NCBI GenBank assembly: GCA_026025075.1
Contig: JAPEUI010000026.1
Location: forward strand, 62,001 to 126,000
Reading direction: 5' to 3'
From: Vezdaea acicularis
Taxonomy: Eukaryota
DNA: 64,000 bases
Part shown: piece by piece, positions 37,292 through 50,466 of the stretch
How the letters are laid out: the number at the start of each line of letters is the position of its first letter
Position numbering within the stretch: the first letter of the stretch is position 1
Position numbers and translations under genes: made by a program
Notes under the pieces: generated by a model
The model's input: the letters and a program-made list of their open reading frames with translations, nothing else
Database searches by the model: none
What the model was told of the DNA's origin: nothing

Positions 37292-38078
37292 TCAACCCAG
37301 CGTGTCAAGCAACTTCCGCCGCCTCCTATCCACTAATTCCTCTTGGACCTGGTCTGCAGTTGGTAACGCCCAGGCTACACCATCTCCTATATCGCCGGGT
37401 AGCGGCTCCCATTCTGGTGGCGGATCATTCTTCATGCTCTTTAGCAGGTTCTCTCGAGCCTCCTCTTCTTTACGCTTCTCATATGCCAAAAGCGCACCAT
37501 CCTCCTCGTCTAGATTGTAGCCATAGTAGCTTGCATCCACCTGTCTCCGTAAGTCCGCTCTTGTGTTCAAAGGTTTTTCCGAAGTTGGCTTCGGTTTTGC
37601 CGCCTCGAACATCTCTTTGACGCCTGGCAGTTCCCTTGCTCGTCCGAAATACCTGTAACCTTTCCCTGCCCCTGGCAACTCGTTCCCCTCATCATCTACA
37701 ACCCTGGTACTACGCATGTAATTCGGCCCTCCTAAATTTCTGATTTGCACCTCCCACATATGCTTCTCCCGCATAGCCTTATTGATTTCGTCATTAAGGT
37801 CTCGGATCTGGTAGTCACTAAGGCTCGTCTCTTGAATCTTCGAGACTTTGCGCGAAATTTCTTTGAGGACTTGCCCACGCCATTTTTCGCATGATGGGAT
37901 CGACTTGACTTCAGTGATAACTTTGGGGCGGCGCGTACGTCCAATGTCAAGGATTCCTAAATCTGCAGCTTGGGACTCGCGGAACCGGAAGAGCATCGAC
38001 TGGGCTTTTTCGGAATTCCGTGCCTAGTGAAGGATGAGTTAGTCGTGACTTGCGCCGCCTATCGATAGTGTATACCAT
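37292..38078 (-). CDS. ISY1: Pre-mRNA splicing factor Isy1
   Basis: M|ARNSEKAQSMLFRF (ATG-only first coding exon, intron 38024-38075), CEKWRGQVLKEISRKVSKIQ, RDLNDEINK, GYRYFGRARELPGVKE. Confidence 0.96.
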
Positions 38079-38383
38079 GATGGAAGAAATTTCAGTCTTG
38101 TTGGATTTGGACTATTCCAATGTGAATATTTCCTGGCGATGGCCTGGAGAGAATAGATCGAGCACCTTTTTAAGTTCACCTAGGCTCTAAGGAGAAAGGC
38201 GGGGAATGTCTTGGCAGGGACGTAGAAATTGATCGCGTCCCATTGGTTTGACCGGTCCATCTCGTCATGGATCTCAAATATTTTGCCGATGATCCCTCCA
38301 AAACCCCCACGCCCCCAGACTTCATTCAAATTTTGTAACAGGATATACTCTTAATTCCTTCTCTTCTACATTAACCTTCAAGG

Positions 38384-39790
<1,407 letters not shown>

Positions 39791-40083
39791 TGGAAAAGGA
39801 AAGAGCGCACGCAAAGGGAGGAAGCTCTTCATATAGGTTGTGATAGCAATAGGCCGTCTTCGCCTCAACAAGGCTGTACATATAAAGATATGATTGGCCT
39901 GTGCCGTATACTCGAACTTGATATCTGGATTATATGATGCGGATGGCTTGGACTAATGCAAGGTGGGCGGCATTTAGTAAGTGATTCACAGTATCTAGAG
40001 GCGCCTAGGATTGCTCGGAATTTCGCACCGCGCTCATCAACTCTTTGCTACTATAAGTAGCAGAGTACTACGGCAGGAGTCAT

Positions 40084-41905
40084 TTGATAGTGGCCGAGAA
40101 CCAATCGGATCAAGGGTTTCTTTCATTAACTGAGAGCTTCACGAGACTTGCGAGGCTGATGATCAGAGGCTACCTCTACTATAATACATATTCGTTATTT
40201 TGGCCTGAACTAACAGGATGTACCCCATATCTGTTGGGCATGCCGGAAGCGGAGACTGCACAATCAAGCCTTTTCCGTGACACCCCATGGCTTCCTTTCG
40301 AGAACAAGAAAGAAGTGGGCGCTATGCAGAATAGGTCAATTTTGAGCCCACAAGCTGGTGAAGAGCCAAGCCCTCCGCTAGAGGACTGGAAAGTATCTTT
40401 CTTGAGGAGGATGTTGAGATTTGAATGGCCCAGAAAAATACCCGAATGCCTCAGTGGTATAGGCTCCGGAGTGTGATAGACTAAATCTCATCATACAGAT
40501 GCAAGGTCAACAGCTGCTCTGATCCTTTAAACCAAGCATATTGCAGGAAAGCTCACCTCACCGCGTAAGTTTACATTATTATCGAGAATCTAGTGTTCAA
40601 GGCTATTGACCCGCTACTATATGAGAGTTCTCAAACCTCATACTGTCTAATTCTGGCTCTTCCGTTTGGATAAGTCCATGAGCGATAACCTACAAGCTCT
40701 ATCGAGAGTCTGTCGCAAGGCGCTAGAGTTGTTGGATAAGATCTGACCACCAGACTCCTTGCGGGATACGTGCTTTGGAAACATGCGGTTTCTTAAATGG
40801 TATGTGAAAACTCTCTATCTCTCTTCAGGGAATAGTTGCTGACGCATGCCTACTCTAGACTATTGATAACCATTGATGGATGGCTCTATCAATGGCTCTA
40901 TTCTCACAAATTCGCGATATTTGTGGAAGTTAGAACGGGATGCTTTCGTTTCTTGACAATAGAGGCAGAAGCCACAATTCCTGGTTCCATACCCCTGACC
41001 TTGCACCATTCTACAAAATTGAATTATGAGGATTTCAGTATCTCAAAGATAGTGGGTGATGATTTGCTCTCATTCAGGAGCGGACGTACAACTAAGGGGC
41101 CCGTTTTTGACTGGAAAATCTCCCACAACTTGTGCTTGAACCTTCTGGTTCCAAATTCAATTGTCAAAGGGTCACATACTGCGAAGTTCCCGAGCTTGCT
41201 GTGAATAATGCATCCAATCACGAGTGTGAGTGGCTGTAGCAGTCTACGTAGGACGACAACTAAAAACCCCTAGCTTACTTACTGTTGGTTATTGGGGCAG
41301 AGGATATCGAATCATTGAACGTGGTTGGACAGAAGCTCTGTGTGGCTGTGGGTGACTCGACGCACGGTGTCTCTGTCAAACGAGGATTGCTAAAATAGGG
41401 CTCGTGTCGTATTCTAGGACACACGGCCACCTGGATTTCCCATAGATGCAGGTTTCTCTCACTCAAACATCACCCCATCATTTCCCACATTGTCCAACGA
41501 CCCCGTGTGTAATATGTTGATCATGTCTCGCTCCTCCATATCAAATAGTAGGCCATTCTTGAAAGGTAGGGTTTCAAGACAAGCCGCCCGGTGAAGGTGG
41601 ATCGGAGGTATGATAGCTAGGACATTGTTCAAAAAGACGAAGATTTTCTCCACTGATAAGTGAGCTTGGCGGAAGATCTCCTTAAAGAACTCGGAGTAGG
41701 AAATGTTTCCACTCTCATTGCGACTCTTTGGCGGCCAGAGTGATGGTATCAAAGAGGGCTGAGATGAACTTCATGCTGTAAAGTGAGCAGGAGACGTACA
41801 ACTAAAGCCCTTCACTAGATCTTCTAAAATCTTCCCCATCATTTTTAAAATTTTACTGATGTCATCCAGGGGTAATGGCAGAGCATGACCAGAACATGTC
41901 AGCAT
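40084..41905. pseudogene. Degenerate gene relic(s) between HEM15 and EMC1 (F-box-like words on + strand)
   Basis: Clean plus-strand intron 40800-40858 (GTATGT..GCTGAC..TAG) and a GTAAGT donor at 40565. The exon reads DNLQALSRVCRKALELL with in-frame TGA codons. Long broken frames also occur on the minus strand at 41.3-41.9 kb. Confidence 0.45.
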
Positions 41906-42298
41906 TGTGGCTAGTCAATTGAGACTCGCGAATCGTGAACAGGGTACAGATAAAGCGGGAAAAGAGATCCTAAAATCATGGAAAGACACTTATTGAGGAC
42001 ATTTCGCGAGTTACTGAAGTTATCCTCTAGTTCCAATGATACGTTTTTCTATAGTCATCGATCTTCAGATTTGATTCAGGGGCTCTAGGGTAAGCGAAAT
42101 AGCCCTGGCTCGTAAGCGCTTGGAGCCCAGCGACAAGCTATGCATGAAAGTCAAGAAATTCCAGCATAACATATTGCTTCTAGGATTACAGCATTTTCAA
42201 TACATCTGCGCGATGCGAATATCACCGCTAGCACAAAACCTGGTTTGTGAGATGCAACATTTGCATTGATTGATCGACAAGACCGCAGGCGACCCCAC

Positions 42299-45200
42299 TT
42301 AAGTGATCTGCCATCTCGAATTAATTTGCTTTCTCCTTACCTACATATCTGTTAGCAAAGCCAAGTTTATGAACATGGACGGACCTGAATACTCACCATT
42401 GGTGCCACAAAAACCACGCCGCATGCTAATGCAAATACTGTCAATACGAGTTGTATTTTATTAAATCCTTTGCCCAGTATATCAAACGCCTGGCTTGGCG
42501 TCACGCGTGTTCCGAACACATCCAGCCCATATGCAAAAACCAGCGCTGTACTTTCAAGCAGCGCCGGACTCGTAATAATTTTCTTTATGCCTATTAGCTC
42601 TAACTTGTGGGAGAGCACCCATTTCGGGCTAAGCTCAAGCACAGGAGTGTATTTGCTAAGGCCTTCCTCTTGTTCAGCGGGCGTAGGGTCCCGTCCCACG
42701 GGTCTCCGAGGATCAAGCGCTCCTTTAGGGATAGCGATGAGTGAGTTTGAAAGAGGAAGGTAGCAAAGCAGAGATCGAGTGCTTATCCCTTGACGAGTTT
42801 GGGTTACGCTCATAGATGAGATTGCTTCGGGTATAATAAAGCTCTGCGAAATGACATAGGGAAGTGTAGGCTCAGATGATGGCGAGAGACTTGAGAAGTT
42901 ACTAGTCGAACCGAGCGGCCCGCGGTCGTTAGGCAATGAAGACTCGTATAGTTCAGAAACAAAGATTTGGTATCCTTTTGACGTTGGATCGGGGGAACTT
43001 GAGGAGACTGGAATGCCAAATAGCGAGTATACGAACCAGTTTTGGCTGATCGCGGTGATGATGGCTTTGGCCGTGTCAATTCCCTCGTGTGTGATAGTGT
43101 AGAGAATATTCCCTGAGACAGAGTCTAGCAAGTAGAATGAGGCAGCTGATTTAGCATCGTTGACCGTCGTGATTAGTGCCAGATTTGGATTAAGGTATTT
43201 GTACATTACAGAGCGGTCACCCATGACCTTACCAATCGAAGCGACAGGATCGTGCCGGGGTCGTTGTGAGATACTACGAATTATCTCACCCCGAGGAGGA
43301 CGAAAGTCCCATACAACGTCCGCCTGAGGAGACTTCTGCCTAAGTTGAAGACCTTTCACAGAATTACCTATAATTGGCGTGATGATTATAGAGGGGGAAG
43401 CTGCGTGAGAATCACGACTCTCTAAATGTTGAGCTATTCCATCGAGGGTACGCGGTAGCTCAATCGTTTCTGTACGTCCGTCTGTGACAATGATGGCATG
43501 ATCTAGCAACTCGGTACTCCCGGTCTGCTCAGAAGCCTCAGGTGAGATATTCTCGATCTTGCCTGAGTCTATGTCAAGCGTTGCCCTCTGCCCAAGGTTA
43601 GATACGATCTCAAGACTTCCTGTAGTTTTACTATGAATACTCCTTATCCCACTCTTAGCGATAGTACTACTAGAAATGTCCCATTTAACCTTGCCTCCAG
43701 CTCCAGTATCGAGAGCGAGAAGGCGATCATTTTCGGTCATGACCACTATCAACTTATTGAAGCCAAAGGCGTCATATTGTGAGAATAGCCCACGGTCCTT
43801 GATGAGGTCCATACCCGTGAAGGATGTAACAACTCGGGTGGGAAGGGTGTTTAGCCATGTGGGCAGATATCGAAGGTCTTTCAGATGTCTCCTGACCCGG
43901 TGAATGTAAGCTGCCAGAGGATTCCCGTGCCCCTCCATTTCTAATTCGTGGGCGAGAGTTTCCGCCTCTTTGAGGTCTACCCAGGTTGCGGAGATTGCTC
44001 CTGCAAGTGATTCCCACCGTTCCCATATAGTCTGACTTTCTCTGTTCAGCACCCACGTCCCCGCTACAGTAACAGCCGCAGCTCGAACGGCGTAAGTGGG
44101 GCCGGCTTTTGTGACAACTTCTGCAACAGCATGCACATATGATCGAGAGGATATATCTCTTCCGGGGGGAACAGGAGTTCGATTCCATCTTAGGAGTAAA
44201 CCGTGAGAAGCTGAGGACGTAAGGGTGTTCTCCATATCTGATGTCCGGAGGAAAAATACATTTGCGTCCTCAGTACTTAATGAGAAGCAACCTTGGCCTC
44301 TTAGCTTTGGAAGTGAGTGAGATGGTGACACAGAGGAGGCTCCGATATCCACATGGTAAACCTCAGCCCAATGAGCATTCGCTGTTTGATAATGTACCAA
44401 AAAATGCGGAACTGATCTCACGGTGTGGGGTGCATGCAGCACGACAGTCTCAATAAATTCACCAGTATCGTTGGGAATGTTGAGGCTGCTTACATGTTTA
44501 GAGCCTATAACGTTGATTTTCAAAATCTTCCGGGCCTTGTCAGTCCATGCGATAAGCGGTGACGCCGAATTAGCACCGACGAAGACAATGTCATCCGCAT
44601 CGGTGATGTCGCTATCAGAGTGTATGATGTAGTGACCGCTCTGCTTTCCTGAAAGTGGATCCACACTTATGACTTTCATCTTTAGACCTGACCTTCCGGA
44701 TAATTGGAGAGTGATAAGATAGATCCCATCGTCCGAAGCTGAGACTTGAAATGGTATGTCCGTTCTGCGCCGAATTAGCATTTAGTCTCACTTCATAATT
44801 GTATGCCAAGTACCCATGGTCTTCATATTCCCACTTTACGGCCCCATCATTCCCGTCTAGCCTTCTCAGGACGCCCTTCTTTTCTTCTGCAGAAAGCACC
44901 ACGACATCTTTCGCGCCTTGTTCAGATATCCCAGGTAGCTCAAGAACCTCGAGGTCACGGACCTCTCCTTCAAACTTGTTCGCCCACACCAACCGCCCAT
45001 CAAAAGCACCCCAGGCATTGACTTCGCGACCAAGTCCACTCACTACAACACTCTCCCCTTCGCCAGCTCTTAAGCAACCCTTTCCTTGTCCCGCGACAGT
45101 CTCATTTTGGCCAGCAGTCAGTAGATGCCTCCAGACGAGCGTGCCATCTTTTGGGTTTACGGCGGCAAGTACACCTTTCTCGGAGACTGTGTAAAGGAGA

Positions 45201-45358
45201 GAGGCGCGTGATTCGGATTTTGGGCGGTGGAAGAAAGTTGTCTGCGGTTGCGGAATCCCGACAAGCGCGTGATGAAAATCGGTTTGAAATGCTTCGTCTG
45301 CAAATATGGCTGCGACAGGGAGGCAGATTGCTAGGAAAGGGAGATAAAACAGTCTCAT
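42299..45358 (-). CDS. EMC1: ER membrane protein complex subunit 1
   Basis: Signal peptide then AIFADEAFQTDFHHALVG (PQQ-like propeller). DUF1620 motifs HDPVASIGKVMGDRSVMYKYLNPN, TQTRQGIS, LDPRRP, LESTALVFAYGLDVFGTRVTPSQAFDIL. TM helix followed by VRRKQINSRW. Two introns. Confidence 0.96.
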
Positions 45359-45715
45359 AATGAAGAAACTGTGAGGCCACAGCCTTGAAGCTCCTTGTAT
45401 GGAGTGACAGTATTTCCGGGAGCTCTAGTTACACGAAAGAGCTGTCTTCAGGTTTCCCTCGTTAATATTGCGCCTCGGTTCTCTATTTCGATATAAGCGC
45501 TAGAAATAGATCACCAATTCATGGACGAAACTTTCGAAACCATTCTTTCGCTCATTCTATTCACATTCAAATTCACATCCACATTATCGTTGTAACGTTT
45601 CAACCTAGACTTTCTAGAACTTCAAGATATTGGGTATGTGTTCGAAGTAGAGCGAGCGCTGCTAGCTAGCAAAAGAGCATTAAAAGCAAGGCAAGAGATT
45701 CAAAAGCCTCTATGC

Positions 45716-48700
45716 TTACCGAAGAACCCTTCTGAACTGCCTTTTAATCTTCTCTTGCCTTCCTTTAGACTCATTACCTTTAATACCCCAGTTCTCACCC
45801 TTAAGAAAACCTCTAAGCTTCTTTGCTTCCATGCCTCCATATAGACCCAAAAGAAGGTACAGACCTTCTGCTACCGCCCATCTTACGCGTGGAAATGGAT
45901 GTGCGAGCATGGAAATTAGCCTTTCTAGGACTTTAATCAAGGCTGCTCCACCGTCTTCTGGTTGCTCCGGAAAAGGCGTACCATGCTCACAATCTGCCTC
46001 AGTTGTGGTGAGCAACACGCCGAACGCAACGTAAACCTTCACAGCAGCCAGAAGCTTAACTGGTGATCCGGATTTATAGTGCGCCCTCTGTGTCAGATCG
46101 ATTAGCCTTGTATATTTCCACCCACCCCGCACTTCTTCTCCCACACCAACGTGGAGTCTCCAGAGACAGCCCGCTCCTAGGACCCATTGGAGAGTTTCCA
46201 AAATACCTACTCCCAGCCTATCATCGAGCCCCTTTTCCTTCAAAAGTTCGAGAAGTCCCGATGCCCATCGTGTTAAAGAGTCCTTATCAAGGGAGATTAG
46301 GTAATCGTCAAAAGCTGACCGGGCGGCAACAAGGGTGCTCTCAGATCCAGACCCGATGGTCGTTGAAAGACCCTCAAGAAATGGTTGCAGCAACGCAGCG
46401 TGTGCGCTGTCAACTATGTTACATAATTGGGAAAAATACTGGATGGAAGATGCAGACGAAACAAGGGGCATAGGTCTGGAAAGCATTGGCGTGAGGTTGG
46501 TATAGGCTTGAGCGCGGACTTTGTCGAGCTTTTCAGCGGCAAGACGTATGAGAGGGGAGTGTAGTTTATGTAAAGGATCTCTCGAAGTGGAGAGCGATAA
46601 TGGTGGGATGAGCTTATGTGTAAAGGCTGCGTCTACAGCCTCTATTCCAGCAAGTCTTAGCCACGAGCCGACGTCTCCACGTGGATCAATCGTATAATCA
46701 TTCAATGCCGTCTCCAAAGTGCTGATCATTTCCTTGCTCAAGATACTTAGGTGCGGGATCACACCTCGGGTAAATGCGCGCAGTGCTGCAACATGCGTCT
46801 CGATACTTGAAGTAGGCGTAGCGGTCTCCAATAGCACCCGACATATGGAATCCTGACATGCAGGCTGAACAAGAGGGTACGTTGAGCCTAGTACCGCTAA
46901 TTGTCCGTAGGTTCTGTTGGAGCCGCGATCACGGGCGGCTACTAGGTTGTTGATCCATTGTGAGGTGAGCGATGTGCGTTGGGTAGTAGGAATGATGGAG
47001 TAGAGTGCAGAGCAAGCAGCAGAACTGCTGGTGATAACTATTGGCTCTGGACGACACATAGCTATCGTGAGAAGGGCGATTGAGCGACTGATGAATACTG
47101 GATCGCATGGTGGAAGGAATTTGCGGTGATTCACGTTATTAAGCGCGGAGGAGATAGAGGAGATATAAGTGCTCGCTGCTTCGGCACCAAGCTCGGGTTT
47201 CAGGATAGAGGACGTGAGATGGTCCTCTGAAACATTATCCAAGGTCGTGAAAATGCCTTCGGGGAGTTCTGTAATTGATTCGCCTTTGATTGCAATATCA
47301 GTCTGATGATCGATAATGCTGGCTAATGATACGATTAAACCGTGACGCTCTTCCACTTGGCGATCTTGTAAAATAGATAAGCGCTTCATGATAATCGTTA
47401 TCATGCGTACGACGCCAAGGGAGTCAGTCTGGTTCATTGAACTCAATACTCCGATTGCTGTGGCAGAAAGTCTCCTAGATTCGGCATCCGGAGAATTCAC
47501 ACCCCTCCAATCAAGAAGACTATAGAAAATTGCTTCACGATAAATATCACTAAGCTTTGCAGCCTTGGTTGAAACTTCGAGGACGGCCTTTGATCGGAGG
47601 GCAACAGCATGGTAATCCACAACTTGGACAAGAGATATGCCAGAGGCGATTAGATCAGGATGACGCCCGATGAGCTCCTGTAGAGCTGCTGATGAACCTC
47701 GACGTATATTACCCACTGGATCGACACTGGCAGCAATGACAAGCTCAACGGCAAGAAGTTGCGGGACCGAAGCCTCCTTCCCTCGAGAGTTGGCTGCGCG
47801 AATAGAACTTGAGTCAACAGCAAGAAGTTCCTTTGTAGTATATTTGCGTGACAACGCCCATATACCAAAACAAGCTGAGTCTCTGACGTTTGTGCCGACT
47901 GAGCTTCCAGTGACAGTTCGTTGTTCAAAATCGAGAGCCAGTACAAGGGCGTTAATTATTTGAGGAAGCTGTTCCGGTGGCGGAGAACGACGGAAGAGGA
48001 ATTGTGCGAGAGTCAACGTCAACCCATGCCATCTTAGCGGATTAACTGCGGACAGGTTTCGTCTCAGGGGCCCTGTGCGAGTATCTGGCAACGAGGGTTC
48101 TTCGCTCGTTACAAGTGACTGAGGTTCCCATAAGACATCCTCTTCTAGAGATCCAACGACAGCTTCAACAACCTCAGCAGCCATTAGGGTATCTAGTTTG
48201 GCAGTGATGACGCTCAAGGCTTTGCTGGCTGCATAACGAACAGGAGTGTCCTGGTCCGCAACTGACATTAGAAGATGGTCTATAACCTCATTGAGTATGC
48301 TAGACGCATCACTTTCAGAAACATAGATACTCAAATTGGGAGAACGCTGTAAAACGAGAAGAGTAATGGATCGGAAGATCTTAATGATGACTTTTCTGAT
48401 CAAAGCGGATGATCGAGCTTCGATGAAACTTGAAGTATCATTATACATCCCAAGTACTGTTCGGAAAGTAGGTAATATGACCTTATAAAGAGACTCTAGA
48501 TCGGCCACTGTGAGAATTCCTCCGATAAAGGACAATATACCAATGGCGTGATATATCGACCTGTTTTGTGATGCTTCCGAAAGGGCTGTCAACATTGATT
48601 GCATCAAAGAATCCAGTAAACCCATGTGACGCATGTCTGGCCTGACAGCTAGCCTTAATAGTGCAGCAATTGCAGATACTCTCTCTCTACTGGCCGAGCC

Positions 48701-49536
48701 TATGTATTTGAGACAAATTGACAGTGTGCGTTGAGTGATCCCTGGAAGTTCTTGAGGAAGCTCTATGCTTAATGATGGGAGATATAAGAGGGACACCGGC
48801 TCTGTCGATGAAATCGATGAGAGATCAAAAGGAGCCAAAAGGAGGTGTGCAATCCAAGCCAGCATTATGTAGCGTTCCTCCCAGATCAGGCCTTCAAGCC
48901 TTGAATCTCCATTGTCTGTGCTAGAATTCTCAATCATGTCCCACGATTCAAATGCGGCCAGCATTGGCTCCAGGTATTTCGGCTCATTATTAAAAAACCT
49001 TGATATCGTTTTTTCTCCTCTGATCTTGCAGAAAGTGTAGAGGAGCTTGCATATCGCCCTAGGTAGCGGTATCGTGCCTCTTTTATCGATAGTATTCTTT
49101 TCAAAATACCGACTTTTATAAGACGCGAGATACTCAAGGTACGCCGCCACTAAAGGAGTAACGAAATCTGACAAGCATGGATCCAGTAGCTGGGGCCATT
49201 CCTGGAATGGCTCAAGCTAGAGATGTGAAAGAGAAGATGTTAGTATGGTACTCAGAGACCACCAATTATGCTCTTTTCCCATGACATAAATTATCGAATT
49301 ACAAGGAAGTTGCCGCTCACAAGCAATATCAGTCTACTGTAGTCCTTCTCCTTGACTCGAAGGCGAAGGCGTTTTTTTCGCACCCCACTTTCTGTCCCAA
49401 CGTCCGTGGTGCCCATCGGATCACCTTTGGCATTTGATTTCCAGAGAAAGCCAGGCATTAAGCGGCCAAAATCATCCAGGAGGTCGCCAGCAACACGCTG
49501 CAGCTTGATATCACTATCGTCGGTAGCTGCGTCCAT
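45716..49536 (-). CDS. TBCD: Tubulin-specific chaperone D (TBCD/Alp1/Cin1)
   Basis: L|EPFQEWPQLLDP, LYTFCKIRGEK, WEERYIMLAW, DTPVRYAASK, GTNVRDSACFGIWALSR, NIRRGSSAALQELIGR, DYTIDPRGDVGSWLR, AAEKLDKVR. Intron 49217-49320. Confidence 0.95.
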
Positions 49537-50335
49537 TTCAAAAGATCCAAAGGGGCAAACGATCAGGATATAACTTGCGAGGCAACTATATCTACAGTAC
49601 TACAAGATAGACCATCGCTTGCCGGAAGTGCAAGTGACTACAGGCATCAAAAGTAAGGCAAATATACATAAAAGATGTTGGAGTCAATGGTGATTTAGCA
49701 ACCGAACCTCGGGTTCAACCGAGCTGGAAACTGACGATTGAAGTCAAGTTGACAGGCGTTTTCCTTCAACGCATGTAGAAATTGCTCGATATTTGTCTGA
49801 CCGCGTCAATCCAGGTAAACGCTGTGATGTGCGTCTATCTGATAAAGTAACATGCGACAGAGTGATAGTTTAATTACTGCAAAGTTATACGATTAATCTT
49901 GCTTTAAGTCGCCGGCTAAAACTGTTCCTTGAACTCGCGAATCAGAGGCTTATCAACTTCGAAGGGGTTTCATTATCGGTGGCTCGCAGCCACAACAGAG
50001 CGTGGGGTGAATGCAGACAAACAAGCCCACCATCATCCCCCCTGGGCTTGGGATCGCCTGTACGCTACGTTTTTAACGTCGATGTCACTCGTCCTACCGA
50101 TGCTGATTATCTAGCAAGAAGCGTCTCGAGATCACGTCCTGCTAGGCGGTTGTAAAGATCTTTACGACGCGGAACCGTCTCGATCCAACGTTGCGAGGAA
50201 TACCGCCTATAACTTAGTCCTGCGCATCCTGGCATCGGCAATCAAAGGCACTTCTTGGTACATTGATATCTGTACAGAGTCCGATATACCTTTCCTAGCG
50301 CAAGCTTATCCAGCAACATGGGAAAACTGATGCTG

Positions 50336-50389
50336 AACTTATCATTCTCCTAAGCTCAACTTATCATTCTCCTAAGCTCAACCTTATCC
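50336..50389. repeat. 22-bp tandem duplication (AACTTATCATTCTCCTAAGCTC x2 plus partial copy) upstream of nirA
   Basis: Exact copies at 50336-50357 and 50358-50379, partial AACCTTATCC at 50380-50389. Each carries TTATC (GATAA on the minus strand). Confidence 0.9.
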
Positions 50390-50466
50390 TACCACTTAGC
50401 AAGAGATTTGTTCAGGTTTCCCACTTCTCGAATATTTTCCCAGTTTCATCAAACTCGAAAGCCGAT

